DNA of 42,530 nucleotides from Priapulus caudatus (taxonomy: Eukaryota): assembly GCF_000485595.1 (NCBI RefSeq), contig NW_014577066.1:156124-198653 (forward strand), given 5' to 3'. This document shows, piece after piece, positions 11,597-25,462 of this stretch. Made by a program: the position numbers and the translations under genes. The notes under the pieces were generated by a model, which was not told the origin of the DNA, searched no databases, and saw only the letters and a program-made list of their open reading frames with translations. Positions within the stretch are counted from its first letter, which is position 1, and each line of letters opens with the position of its first letter.

Positions 11597-12655
11597 ATGC
11601 ATACACGCGCGCACGTACGCATGCACGCGCGCACGTACGCACGCATGCACGCGCTCGCATGTATGCACGCATGCACGCGCGCACGTACGCACGCATGCAC
11701 ACGCGCGCATGTACGCACGCATGCACGCGCGCGCATGTACGCACGCATGCACACGCGCGCATGTACGCACGCATGCACGCGCGCGCATGTACGCACGCGC
11801 ACGCACGTACAGAAATATACACGTGCACGCACGTATACAGACATAAACGCGCGCACGCACGTACAGACATATACACGCGCACGCACGTACAGACATATAC
11901 ACGCGCACGCATGACAGACATATACACGCGCACGCACGCACAGACATATACACGCGCACGCACGTACAGACATATACACGCGCACGCACGTACAGACATA
12001 TACACGCGCACGCACGTATACAGACATATAAACGCGCACGCGCGTACAGACATACACACGCGCGTACAGACATACACACGCTCGTACAGTCATATATACA
12101 CGCGCGTACAGACATACGCACGCGCGTACGTACATACACACGCGCTTACAGACATACGCACGCGCGTACATACACACACACGCGCGCAACGTACGTACGC
12201 ATACGTGCACGTACACACGCGCCTACATGTATATAAATTATGTACACGTGCGTGGCAGCGTGTGTGTGTGTGTGTGTGTGTGTACGTGCGTGTGTATGTG
12301 TGTGTACGTGCGTGCGTATGTATGTGTGTGTGTACGTGCGTGCGTGCGTATGTATGTGTGTACGTGCGTGCGTACGTATGTATGTGTGTACGTGCGTGCG
12401 TGCGTGCGTATGTATGTGTGCATGTACGTGCGTGCGTACGTATGTGCGTGTGTACGTGCGTGCGTGCGTGCGTATGTATGTGTGTTCGTGCGTGCGTGTG
12501 TATGTATGTGCGCATGTGTGTACGTATGTGTGTGTGTACGTGCGTGCGTGTGTATGTATGTGTGTAAGTGCGTGCGTGTGTATGTATGCGCTTACGTGCG
12601 TGCGTATGTATGTATGTGTGTACGTGCGTGTGTGCGTACGCGCGCGCACGTACAA
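11597..12655. repeat. Alternating purine-pyrimidine low-complexity block, CA-rich half followed by GT-rich half
   Basis: GCACGTACGCAC/ACAGACATATACACGCGC repeats switch to GTACGTGCGTGCGTATGT repeats near 12250. Confidence 0.9.
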
Positions 12656-12790
12656 AATGTCTTAATAAGTTATACATCCTTATAGGCATTCAATTATTAG
12701 GCATTCAATTATAGGCATATTATAGGCATAGTATAGGCATAGGCATAGGCATAGTATTATAGGCATCCTTATTAGGCATTCAATCGACGT

Positions 12791-12960
12791 CACGTGTGCA
12801 TTGTAAAATCCCATCTACAAGATTCACTTTGCTTGCAGCATCGCGCTCCAGATTCCGCGTTTATGCTAATTGTACATGAAGATGGCGCTCGCGCGTTGGC
12901 CACTCACCGTTCACTGCCAAGATAATTTTCTTCGGCCGTTCTCACACGTGTAACCGGACC
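12791..12960 (+). repeat. One unit of the ~180-bp repeat family, forward orientation
   Basis: CACGTGTGCATTGTAAAATC...GCAGCATCGCG...ACTGCCAAGATAATTTTCTTCGGCCGTTCT matches the units at 38700-39480. Confidence 0.85.
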
Positions 12961-14368
12961 CTATCATAATAATATCTAATATATTATTTATTAAATAAAT
13001 CTATGCTGAGATACTGAGATGACTGACGAAAACTGCATAATATAGCTTGCTGAGAGCCTGAGAGAGAGAGAAGGGTGGGAGACTGAGAAAAGGCGGTAGC
13101 GTAGCTGAGCGGCCGTAAAAAAGCAGGAGGTTGAGCGAGGGACAAGGGGGGCAAGGTTAAAGACGGGGGGGGTGAAGTAGGTGTTTTGCACGCTACAGGT
13201 TATAGGGCGCGCTCCTAATGATCATGACTGGTATATGCAGCGCGGACCTTACATGCCATAACATACCATAAGATCTTCTTCCTATTTCTCAAGTAAGGTC
13301 TACTGATGGAATGTTATCATATAAATCTATGCTAGGATAACATTCTCTTCATTTCAAATGCATATTTATTGCATAATATTAATTTTCTCAAAAGATATTG
13401 CACATGCGCGAACACCGTTATTAAATCACCGAGTTGCACTCTCTCCCTCTTTCTCTTACTCCCATTCTCTCTCGTTTTCTCGCGCGCTCTCTCTCTTTCT
13501 CGCTCGTTCTCTCTTGCTCTAGTGAAATTAGCAATTTCAACAAATTAATATAAATGTGTAATGACGTACGCGCCTAATACCTGCGGCATTATGCCGCTAC
13601 GTGGCGCGCCTGCTCGGCCACAGTAATTGAGTGGCAAAGCAAAGGTTACAACCTTTTTGCAGCTTTTTTTTTACAATTCCAAGAGATAGTTTTGCTGTCG
13701 CCCTCATCTCCGCGGTGGTCACCCCTACATAGTCAATAATGAACCCGACCTAAGCAATGCCCCCCCCCTGTACATAGTCATGTAATAGTCAGAATGAAGG
13801 CTGTATATGTACTCAAAAGTAGCCTACCTCAAATATCATTTCCCACACTCAGACACGTGCCGCAGAAACGCGCGCGCAAATGGTCACCCTCTGGGCATGC
13901 CTTTGGGTGGAGGGACACACCCCTGATTGCTGTTGTCTGATTGGCTACATGGCAAAAAACGTCCAACACGCCAACTCCGAGTTGACGATATTAGAACATG
14001 TTCTAATCTTCCAACTAGTTGCTATTGATCGGTTGGACGCGCAACTTTTGCGTTTACACTGCCGATTGTCAGTTGCCAAGTTGCGAAGTTGGTACAATTC
14101 GGCAATTCACCAACACAAAGTTGGCAGTGTCCGGGCTGCATCCTCGCTACATCCGCCTTCGCTAGCCCGACCCCGAATGACCCGGGCGACCCCTAATACA
14201 ATCGTACATACGTCACTGCCCACTTGCGCCATTGTCAACGACCCCATGGTCGAGAAAGGTTGTTATGCGTGTTTCACTGTTTGTGTGTTTTTATACGTGG
14301 AAAATATGCATGTTATCGCCGTCAGTTATTCGAAAAGACAGCGAAGTGGCGAAAACTACACACATAGC

Positions 14369-14737
14369 ATGTTATGCTAGTGTGACATTACACGTAGCTT
14401 TTTTTATTGGCATCTTATATGGGTCAAACCAAGTTGACAGCGCGGACACGTACGGTATTGACTATTGTGACACAACATGTCATGTATTTGTTCGCACAAC
14501 TTTCTACATCGATGATCGGCATGAATGAAATCAAGGTATGTGGAATAAGATATCGATCATATTATGTGACTGCTTAATTATCTACGTATTTTATGTACGT
14601 TGTTGTACTTCTACCTATTTATTTATACGCTCTATATGGTTGTGCGAAATTCCAGATTAATTAAATTGCCGCATGAATCGCGCGTATACATGTATTTATA
14701 GAACGTCGCCCCTTTAGGCTTTACGCCGATGTACATG
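14369..14737 (+). repeat. ~370-bp dispersed direct repeat, copy 1 (copy 2 at 16466-16834)
   Basis: Shared blocks include GATGATCGGCATG-ATGAAATCAAGGTA-GTGGAATAAGA and TTTACGCCGATGTACATG. Confidence 0.85.
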
Positions 14738-15599
14738 CACTCGATCAATATTATTGTTTATTATTAAATCTTTATTGCATGTAACCTAAATACAAATACA
14801 TGTGTATGTCTTTTTCACGGAGAAAAAATTTGATAAATGCAATAGTGTTGAGCAGTTAAAATAATACAATTTCAACCTTGTTTAAGATATATAACATTGT
14901 TGCCATTCCTTCCGCCTCACGCCCATTTTTCCATTAGTTCCATACGTCTGAGAGTTCTTTATATAAATGTTAAAAATGATAGCGAGTAGCAATACGAGTT
15001 CAGATCTCCCTCAGTATTCTGAATTCGGGTTTCCACAGGCCGAGTTGCAAAACGCCTCACGCTGTAACGTGTTGCTGACAGGTTTAATCATTCACATGCC
15101 AATTCACGTCAGAAATGCGCCTGTGTTCTTTTTCCGTGTGTAACTAACTTCGCGAGGCGGCGAAATTGAATCTAACACCTTCATTTTTCCCCGCGTGTGT
15201 GTACGTGTGTGAAATTTATATACATGTACATGTACATTGCAGAGTGCATGGTCCCTGCTGCTAGCTCTTCTAAGATATAAGATATATATGTCTTCTCAGC
15301 GCTCTAATAACGCTTTATAAGTAAAATACGCTAAATAAGTATTTTGTATACAATACGTTGAGTTTAACATTGTATCTATAAGTCGTGTTACTTTCCATTA
15401 TATTATTAAGACCATTCCTCATTACTACTTGACTGCATTACTACGATATTATTCGTTCATTTTTTATTAAAGACCGTAAAATAAAATTGGGAAGCTCCTA
15501 TTGGGGCGTTACGTACATTTGGATGCACATATGCGCCATTTAGGATCGTGATTAACAAATTTATAATTCAATAAAATAAATGTACCTGTACCTACGTAA

Positions 15600-15975
15600 A
15601 GGCCACCGCACACCAGACGATTTTTACAAACGATGAAACGATGAAGCGATGAAACGATGAAACGATGAAGCGATGTAGGTGTGCGGCGCACACCTACGAT
15701 AATTTCTGCAAGGTGAATGTCATGTGACACGGGCACGTTCAGCTATTGGCTGTTCAATATTTATCGCACACGATTTTCATGAGGTCACGCGCACACCACA
15801 AAATCGCGTCCAAATAATCGGTTCAAAATCAAACATGTTTGATTTTGGAACGATCACCCGATAAAAATAAAATCGTCTACAAATGAACCCGCACACCTAC
15901 ATCGTTTCATCGTTTCATCGTTTCATCGTTTCATCGTTTCATCGTTTGTAAAAATCGTCTGGTGTGCGGTGGCCT
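15600..15975. mobile_element. PIF/Harbinger-type (Tourist-like) MITE, 376 bp
   Basis: ~88-bp TIRs starting AGGCCACCGCACACCAGACG with internal (AAACGATG)n subrepeats; TAA target-site duplication at 15597-15599 and 15976-15978; internal palindrome AAAATCAAACATGTTTGATTTT. Confidence 0.93.
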
Positions 15976-16301
15976 TAACTAAAACGTGGCGTTAGACAAT
16001 GTGCCCGAGCGTGCGGGTTCAGACGCCCAAGACACTGCGCGCCGCGACAGGAAATGTTCAAGGTCGACTTGGCTTTGCAAGCGGCGGCCAAGCAGCGCTC
16101 TAGGTAAAATCTTAAGTTTGCCCCCCCCCCAACCCCGTCTCTCCATAATTTTACATTCATCATATAACGAAATTACTTGCATTAATGTCATAAAATTCGA
16201 TGGACTTATTACAAGATGAACAGCGATTATGTTGTTGCGAGTTATACGCTCGTTTGATGAAATGCAAGGTTGAAAATTCCTGGCTTATCCATGCACGCGT
16301 A

Positions 16302-17200
16302 TCTGATGTATTCGTACGTGTTATCGTTGGTATCTGTGCGAGTATAACAATTACTATAACTATTATATTTATTATGTTATATTTAATATTATTTTACATT
16401 CGTTATATTGCATTTATAATTAAACCTTTTCAATTTGATTTTAATACCGTGAAGGAAGACCCTATATGTTGTGCTAGTGTGGCATTACACGTAGATGTAT
16501 TTATTGTCATCTTATCTGAGGCAGACCAGGTTGACAGTGCAGGCACGGTATTGAGACAGAACATGTGTTTGTTCGCACAACTTTCTACAGATACACACGA
16601 TGATCGGCATGGATGAAATCAAGGTACGTGGAATAAGAGATCGATCATATTGTGTGACTGCGTAATTATGTCCGTATTTTGTGTACGTTGTTGTACTTCT
16701 ACCCGTTCATTTGTACTCTCTATGTCTATGCCTTTAAGTCTATATGGTTGTGCGAAATTTCAGATTGATCGATTTGCCGCATGAATCGCGTGTACGTGTA
16801 CTTCGTACGTGGTCCCTTTACGCCGATGTACATGTATCGAGTAGCGTAGTGAGTGTATCATCTAGAATAGGGTGATAGATACCATAAAACGGCATAATCT
16901 CGTGCTATAACCCTGTACGTCGGTAAGTCTAGCCGTTAAGTCTGTTATTTCAATCCGATTCTGTGTTATTTAAAATGATTTGCGCAGTATAACATTGTAG
17001 GTCAAACCACCCAACAGTCTGATCTGTATCGCCAATTGTCTGATGTATTCGTACGTGTGATCGCGTGTGTCTCTGCGAGTATATCAATTACTATAACTCA
17101 ATTATTACACTCAACTATATTACAATTTTATTATGTCATATTTAATATTATTTTACATTTGTTATATTTTAATTATAATTAAACCTTTTCAATTTTCTTT
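16302..17200 (+). repeat. Mosaic of local duplications: 16302-16437 repeated at 17039-17195, and 16466-16834 repeating 14369-14737
   Basis: TCTGATGTATTCGTACGTGT...ATAATTAAACCTTTTCAATTT occurs twice. Confidence 0.8.
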
Positions 17201-17749
17201 TAAGGTCATGATGACGAGGAAACGAAGAAGGAGACGAGTTGAGAGGAAGATCTCTACTGAGAATCACCGAAAGATAAGTACTGCTGCTTTACTTCACCGT
17301 ATATTGATTACATTACTGATTTACATAAGTTACTGCAGTTACTAGGTTTTTTTCCGGTGCTGGCTGTGTGTGTGTGTGTGCTGTGTGTGTGTGTGTGCTG
17401 TGTGTGTGTGGGTGTGTGGTGCGCGCGCGTGCGTGGGTGCGTGCGTGTGTGTGTGTATGTGTTTGTGTGTGTTTGTGTGTGTTTGTGTGTGTTTGTGTGT
17501 GTGTATGTGTGTGTGTATATGTGTGTGTGTATATGTATGGGTGTGTGTATGTGTGTGGGTATGTGTGTGTGTGGTGAATGTGTGTGTGTATGTGTTGTGT
17601 TTGTTTGTGTGCGTGTGCGTGCGCGTGGCGCGTGGCTGAGTGTGCGCGTGAGTGCGTGGGAGTGCGGGCTGCAGGTGTGTGGGCATCATATAAGTGCGAG
17701 TAGAGAGTGTGAGTCTCTCTCTTTCGCTGTTTCTCTTTCTCTCTCTCTG

Positions 17750-17756
17750 GCTTCTT

Positions 17757-17802
<46 letters not shown>

Positions 17803-19339
17803 TCTCTCTGCGTGCGTGGGTACGCGCGCGTGCGTGTGCGTGTGTGGAGTGTGCGCGTACATGCCTGTCGCCCGCTGCAGCGTGCGCGACTGGCCATGCT
17901 TTCTTGCCGGCGTATAGCTCTACGCCTGACATGTTCGCGTGCGTCCGACGTTCGCTGGGTGTACATTGCGTGCATTGCGTGACTTGCAGCGCTGTGTTGG
18001 CTGTGTGTATGGTGCAGAGAAATTGCATCTGCCGCCGTGCACTTTTTGTCTGTCCTCCTCACTTGTGTGAGCAGTGTGGTGTGTCTGTGGTGTCTGTGTT
18101 CATTTGCCCCCTTACATGTTTTTGTCGCTGACTTGTGCATGAATGTACTCGATTTCTGCGTAAACATGACACAACTTTCAGCTTTGGCCTTGCTACAAAA
18201 TGCACATTTCGCTTGACATAGCGATAACGCGTTTTACGTGGTCCTTTGTAAACGCATGATATCATGAACACTTAAGTAGCTTCAAATACGGCTCATGAAA
18301 TCTGATTGAATTAACATTTAAAACCATGCCCATGTATTCTGAGGGGCCGGCATCATGAAAGCGGATTTTCAATGCGGGATAGCGAAGAGAGATTCTCATG
18401 AGGAAGGGAGAGAAGGGTCTCGTGCGCGGTTCTCGCAGAAGCGATTTTTATGGGGTTATGGAGAAGGGTTTTCGTGGGGGAGGGGAGCAGCGCTCCCGTC
18501 TCGTAGGCGGCTCACGAAAGAGAATTTTCATGCGCGGGGCCTTAGGCGCAGAAGGGTTTTATCGGGCCGGCTACCGTTAGGAGAGAGGGCGCTTTCATGG
18601 CCGAGCTAGGAGAGGGGATTTCTATGGGGGAGGGCGAGATGCCGTTTATGCGGCCGTTTGGAGGAGGGCGATCACGGGGGTCGCGAAAAAGGCGTTCGTG
18701 GTCCGAACGCGAGAGGGATTTTTCAATGCGGGCCGTAAAGACGAGAGCGTTTTTATGGGCCGATTTGTGGACGAGCCGGCCGTTTCATGGCGAGTAGCGT
18801 GAGAAAAGTATGATGATTTGTTATTGCGTCTTTAATCATCTATTATGGCGTCTTACTTTATTTCCTAGGAAAAAGAGCATTCTTTCTTAACAACTGAAGC
18901 TGCCTCACAATATTGCTTCGCTTTGCTATAGCTGTCACGCTTCGCGAGAAGTCAGATTTCACGCAAAAAAAATGCTTGCACTACAGCCTGCAGTACTTGA
19001 ATGTGTTATTGTGTCATTTTTGCCCGTGCGCTTATTGGCGGTTCAAATAGGGCCCCAGTAACAGTATAGCCCGCAAGTGAAAATCGCGCCCACGAGATCG
19101 CCAAATTTCACACGCCGATTTTTCTCGTGTCTTTCTGCTCTGATTAAAATGTATATCTATAGGCCCCACGCGTCAGTTGGATTACTCCACGGGTGCCCAC
19201 TGCCCTCGCAGCGCTAGCCAATCTTACAATTGGGAGTTAATGTTGCGTTTGCCTAATGGTGAAGCACCTGGACCTTGCCTCTCATTTTGCCTGATCACGC
19301 CAACCAAAGCAGCAATTTAGGACAAAATTGGTCGCCTCA

Positions 19340-19374
<35 letters not shown>

Positions 19375-22300
19375 GCGGTGTGTGCTGTGTTGTGTGTGTG
19401 CTGCCTGTGTGTGTGTGTGTTACATGTGTGTGTGTGTAGTGTGCTGTGTGTGTGCTGTGTGTGCTTGTGTGCTGTGGTGCTGTGTGTGTGTGTGTGTGTG
19501 TGGTGTGTGCTGTGTGTGAGTGTGTTGTGTGGTGTGTGTGTGGGGTGTGTGTGTGCGCGCCGCGCACTGTGCGTGTGCGCGCGCGCTGCGCTGTTGGTGC
19601 GTGCGCCTGCGTGCGTGCGTGTGTGTGTGTGTGTGTGTGCTGTAAGCTAGCAATCGACAAGTCATAAGATTCTTCATCAATACTTGTGGAGCGGAACCAG
19701 AATAAGCAGCTAAACAGAAAACGCGCTAACCTAATATTACCTGCCACCTATGCTGATTGTTGCCTAAAACATAATTTACCTGATCACCAGGGAGCCTACT
19801 CGATATTAACTGATTATTTCAGTCGACGTTCTCGGCAATGACTATGGGCTTTGTGTGCTTGCAAATCATATTACAGCCCATCTGCTGCCTGCTTTATTAA
19901 ACAATACTTTGTACCTGATACACATAGGCTGCCTACTCGGATATTAATGATTATGTTCAGTGGGCAGTTTACGGCTCATGACTTACGGGCTTGCTGTGCT
20001 CTGCCAATATATCATACAGCCATCTGCCTTGCCTGTTGGCCTGAAAAAAAATATTTTTACCTGATCCACATAGCGCTTACTCGATATTAATGTTATTTCA
20101 GTCGAGTTCTCTGGCTGCACTGATGGCGCTTGCTGATGCGACATTCACATATATATTACAGCCATTCTGATGCTGCCTTATTAAAAAATAATTTACCTGT
20201 CACACAGCCTAACCGGGATATTAAGGGGATTGATTTTAGTCGAGTTTACGGCGATGACTATATGGGCCTTGTGTGGTGCCATATATATTAAGCCATCTGT
20301 GCCTGTTTTAAAAAATAATTTCCCTGATCACACATGCCGCCTCTACTCGATTATGATTATTTCCGTCGAGTTTACGCATGACTATGTGCTATGGGCCTTG
20401 CCAATATATATTTAGGCCTCAGCCGCATTGCCTGCCCTGATATTAAGCAAATAATTTACCTTGATCCCACATAGACCTACTGCATATTAATGCATTAATT
20501 TCAGTCGGTTTACGGCGAGGACTAATGTGATTGTGCCTGCCTTGCCAATATATATTAGGCCTGACAGCCCGATTTGCTGCTGATATTAAGAAGTAATTTA
20601 CGCTATCACATCATACCTTACTCGAAATATTAATGATTATTTTCAGCTCGAGCGTTTACGGCACATGACTATGCTGCTTTGCCGTGCCTTGCCCCAATAT
20701 ATATTACAGCCGATTTGTGCCTGTTATTAAAAAATAATTTCCTAAATCACACATAGCCTACTCAATATTAATGCTTATTTCAGTCGAGTTTATGGCGGCA
20801 TGACTATGTGATTGTGTGCTTGCCAATATATATTACAGCATCTGTGCGCTGCTTGCTTAAAAATCAAGTTTACCCTGATCACACATAATAGCCTACCGCT
20901 ATTAGATGATTATTTCATTCGAGTTTATGGCTGACTATATGGGCTTGTGCCTGCGCTGCAATATATATTCCACGCCATCTGTGCCTGCCCCTTACGCTAA
21001 AAATAATTTAACCTGATCACACAAGCGCTACTCGATATTAATGATTATTTCAGTCGATGTTTACGGCCATGACTATATGGGCTTGTATGCTTGCCCAAGT
21101 ATATGTACAGCATTTTGTGCCTGCTTACTAAAAAAATAATTTTACCTTCACACATAGGCTACTCGCTATTAATGATTATTTCAGCTCGAGTTTACCGCGC
21201 CATTACTATGGGCTTGTGTGCTTGCCAATATATATTACAGCCATCTGTGCCTGTTGTTAAAAATCAATTTACCTGATCACACATAGCCTACTCGATATTA
21301 ATGATTGTTTCAGTCGAGTTTACGGCATGACTATGGGCTTGTGTGCTTGCCACTTATATATTAACAGCCATCTGCTGCCGCTTTACTATAAAAATAATTT
21401 ACCTGATCACCATAAGCCTACTCAAGATATTAATGCTTATTTCAAGTCGAGTTTACGGCATGACTATATGCCTGGCTTAATGTGATGCCGTGCCAATATA
21501 TATTACAGCATCTGTGAACCTGTGATTAAAAAATAACTTTAGCCTGATTCACACATCAAATTAACCTACTCTTTATTAATGACTTATTTCAGTCGCAGTT
21601 TACGGCCAATGAACTATATGGGCCTTAATGTGTGCGTGCCCCAAATTATATATTTACACCCTCTGTTGCCTGCCTCCTTATTAATAAAATAATTTACCTG
21701 ACTTACCTAAACTTAACCTACTCGTTATTAATGATTAGTTTCAGCTCGGAGTTTACGGCAGGCCTGACTATGCTGCCCTTGTGCTGCTTGCAATATATTA
21801 TTAACAGCCATTCTGCTGCCTGCCTTATTAAAAAATATTTACCTGATCACACATATCCTACTCGATATTAATGATGATTTTAGTCGAGTTTACGGCATGA
21901 CTATATGGGCTTGTGTGCGTGCCAATATATATTACAGCCATCTGTTCCTGTTATTAAAAAATAATTTACCTGATCACACAGCCTACTCGATATTAATGAT
22001 GATTTTAGTCGAGTTTACGGCATGACTATATGGGCTTGTGTGCGTGCCAATATATATTACAGCCATCTGTGCCTGTTATTAAAAAATAATTTACCTGATC
22101 ACACATATAGCCTACTCGATATTAATGATTATTTCAGTCGAGTTTATGGCATGACTATATGGGCTTGTGTGCGTGCCAATATATATTCCAGCCATCTGTG
22201 CCTGTTACTAAAAAATAATTTACCTGATCACACATAGGCTACTCGATATTAATGATTATTTCAGTCGAGTTTACGGCATGACTATATGGGCTTGTATGCT

Positions 22301-23990
22301 TGCCAATATATATTACAGCCATCTGTGCCTGTTACTAAAAAATAATTTACCTGATCACACATAGGCTACTCGATTACTTCAGTCGAGTTTATGGCATGAC
22401 TATATGGGCTTGTGTGCGTGCCAATATATATTCCAGCCATCTGTGCCTGTTACTAAAAAATAATTTACCTGATCACACATAGGCTACTCGATTAGTTCAG
22501 TCGAGTTTACGACAAAACTATGGGCGTGCGCTTCGTAACCTATATTACAGGCATATCTGTGTTTAATTGCTGGTAAAAAATAATTCACCTGGTCACGTAT
22601 AGCCTACACGATATTTCAGTCCAGTTTTCGACAAAACTATGGGCGTGTGCTTGGTAAAAATACAGGCATTTGTGCTTGTTATTATAAAATATTTCACCTG
22701 GTCACATCGCCAACACGATATTAATGATTATTTCAGTCCAGTTTCCGACAAAACTATGGGCGTGTGCGTGGCAACCTATATTACATGCATTTATGCTTAT
22801 TAAAATATAATTTACCTGATCACATAGCCTACTCGATATTCTTAAATATCTCAGTAGAGTTTACAACAAAACTACATATGGTTGTATGCGTGCTAACCTA
22901 TATTACAGACATCTCTGCTTGTTTAAAAAAAATCACCTGGTCACATAGCCAAGCACATAGCATGGTCGCATATATAGCATGGACTCGATGTCTTGATTAT
23001 TTCAGTCGTTACGACAAAACTATACAACCCTTATTAACGAACAGAATTATCGTGTGAATAGAAATTTGCATGTATCGCAACTTTCACCCGGAGGCCTACG
23101 TGCACAGCTATGGTACGCGATATGGAACGGGAGGAGGGGAGAAAGAGACACGATTCATGGGTGCTAAACTAGCTTGTCTGTGAAATAGCATGTTAATTGC
23201 TCATTCGACCTGGACAGTACGACGGGTTGATTGGGGTGGGGGAAGGGGATAAATTTATTTCTATATAATACTGATAGAGGAGAAAAGGGAACAAACAGGC
23301 CACGGTCTGATTGCCTAGATACTGAGAGTGCTGTGCGCTCTCTCAGTCTCATTATACAGACGTAGGCGGCAGCAGGAAAATTGGGCGCGGATATCTAGTA
23401 GTGAGCGGAAAGCCGCGAGGGCATGTCTCTGCTTCTACCTGATTTAATGTAATAGGATTTCATGAGCCGCGTTTATAAACAGCTGCTCTATCATCCAAAG
23501 TCATGGTCGAAATATATTTTGCAAAGAATCGCGTGAACCCGTTATCATGCACTCTTGATTCAATGAATGTGATTTGTACAAACGAGACTGAAATTGTTCA
23601 ATGTTTACGGAAATCGATGTACATTGATGCACAACAGCGAGCAGAGAAGGTAACAAATGAACGCGGTCCCACAGAAACACGTGTATTCGCTCACACACCG
23701 TGAGGGAGTGAGGGAGGACACACAGAGACGCAGATGCACATTTCTCTTGCACCAACACACACCAACACACCTGAACACGCATGCACGCATGTACACACGA
23801 ACGCGCGGACGCACGCGCACATGTACGCACGTACTCCTGCACATGCAGTCACACACGCTTGCACCCACACACGCACGCACACACTCGTACACACGCAGTC
23901 ACACATACGCGCACGTACCCATGCACGTACGCAGAGAGAGAGAGAGGGGGAGGGAAAGAGAGGGAGAGAGAGAGAGGGGAAGTGAGAGTG
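17750..23990. mobile_element. Non-coding element with ~330-450-bp terminal inverted repeats and an internal satellite array, copy 1 (left part error-rich)
   Basis: 17790-18220 is the reverse complement of 23560-23940. The interior is colinear with 24040-26865. Confidence 0.65.
19745..22940. repeat. Tandem array of ~118-129-bp AT-rich units, roughly 25 copies
   Basis: Unit CCTACTCGATATTAATGATTATTTCAGTCGAGTTTACGGCATGACTAT...TTTACCTGATCACACATAG starts at 21982, 22111, 22238, 22365 and 22483, among others. Confidence 0.95.
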
Positions 23991-24009
23991 AGAGTGAGAG
24001 TGAAAGTTA

Positions 24010-25362
24010 GGGTGTGGGTGTGGGTGTGGGTGTTGTGTGCGTGTGTAGGAGTGTGCGCGTACATGTGTCGGTGCAAGCGTGTGTGACTGCATGTGCAGGT
24101 ATACTTACGTACATGTTCGCGTGCGTCCGAGCGTTCGTGTGTACATGCGTGCATGCGTGTTCAAGTGTGTTGGTGTGTGTTGGTGCAAGCGAAATGTGCA
24201 TCTGCGTTTTTGTCTGTCCTCCTCACTGTGTGTGAGCATGTACATGTGTTTCTGTGGGTCTGTGTTCATTTGTTACATTTTTTGATCGCTGTTGTGCATG
24301 AATGTACATCGATTTCGGTAAACATTGACCAATTTCAGCTTTGTTTGTACAAATGACATTCGTTGACATGGTAACGGTTTACGTGGTCCTTTGTAAACCA
24401 TGATATCATGACACTTAAGTAGCTTCCACATACGGCTCATGAAATCTGATTGAATTAACATTAAAACATGCCCATGTATCTCTGACTGGGGATCATGAAA
24501 GGGATTTTCATGGGGATAGGAAGAGAGATCTCATGAGGAAGGGGAGAAGGGTCTCGTGGGGTTACGAGAAGGATTTTTATGGGGTTATGGAGAAGGGTTT
24601 CGTGGGGGAGGGGAGAGGGGTCTCGTGGGGTCACGAAAGAGATTTTCATGGGGGTAGGGAGAAGGGTTTTATGGGGGTACCGTAGGGAGAGGGGGTTTCA
24701 TGGGAGTAGGAAGAGGGATTTCATGGGGGAGGGGAGATGGAATTTATGGGCGTTGGGAGAGGAATCACGGGGGTCGGAAAAAGGGTCTCGTGGGAACGCG
24801 AGAGGGATTTTCATGGGGGTAAGGAGAGGGTTTTTATGGGGATTGGACGAGGGGTTTCATGGGAGTAGGGAGAAAAATATGATGATTTGTTATTGGTCTT
24901 TATCATCTATTATGGGTCTTTACCTTTATTTCCTAGGAAAAGAAGATTCTTCTTACTAACTGAAGATAGTCACAATATTGTTCGCTTTGCTATAGCTGTC
25001 AGTTCACGAGAAGTCAGATTTCCACGCAAATGTTGTACAGCTGCAGTACTTGAATGTGGATTGTGTATTTTTGGTGGTTATTGGGTTCAACATAGGCAGT
25101 AACACGTATAGCGAAGTGAAAATCGCGCACGAGAATCGAAATTTCACACGCGATTTTTCTCGTGATCTCTCTGCTCTGATTAAAATGTATATCTATAGGC
25201 AGGTCAGTTTGATTACTCCACCGGTGCACTGCTCGCACGTAGCAAATCTACATTGGGAAGTTAATGTTGGTTTGCTAATATGGTGAAGCACACTGGACTG
25301 CTCTATATTTTGCTGATCACGAACCAAGAGATTTTAGGACAAAATTGTCGCTAATGTGTGTG

Positions 25363-25429
<67 letters not shown>

Positions 25430-25430
25430 A

Positions 25431-25462
<32 letters not shown>

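Noticed and set aside
11374..12689. 397-aa and overlapping ORFs
   Set aside because: Alternating purine-pyrimidine repeats that lack stop codons by composition.
12680..12780. Telomere-like TTAGGC array
   Set aside because: Irregular ATAGGC/TAGGCAT microsatellite without a regular telomeric hexamer run.
13960..14130. Palindromic MITE relic centred on ATTAGAACATGTTCTAAT
   Set aside because: The internal palindrome is real, but termini and TSD could not be defined.
19745..22940. CRISPR array or hammerhead-ribozyme satellite
   Set aside because: Units are wholly repeated with no unique spacers and no cas genes. CTGATCA is not the CUGANGA core, and there is no correctly placed GAAA.
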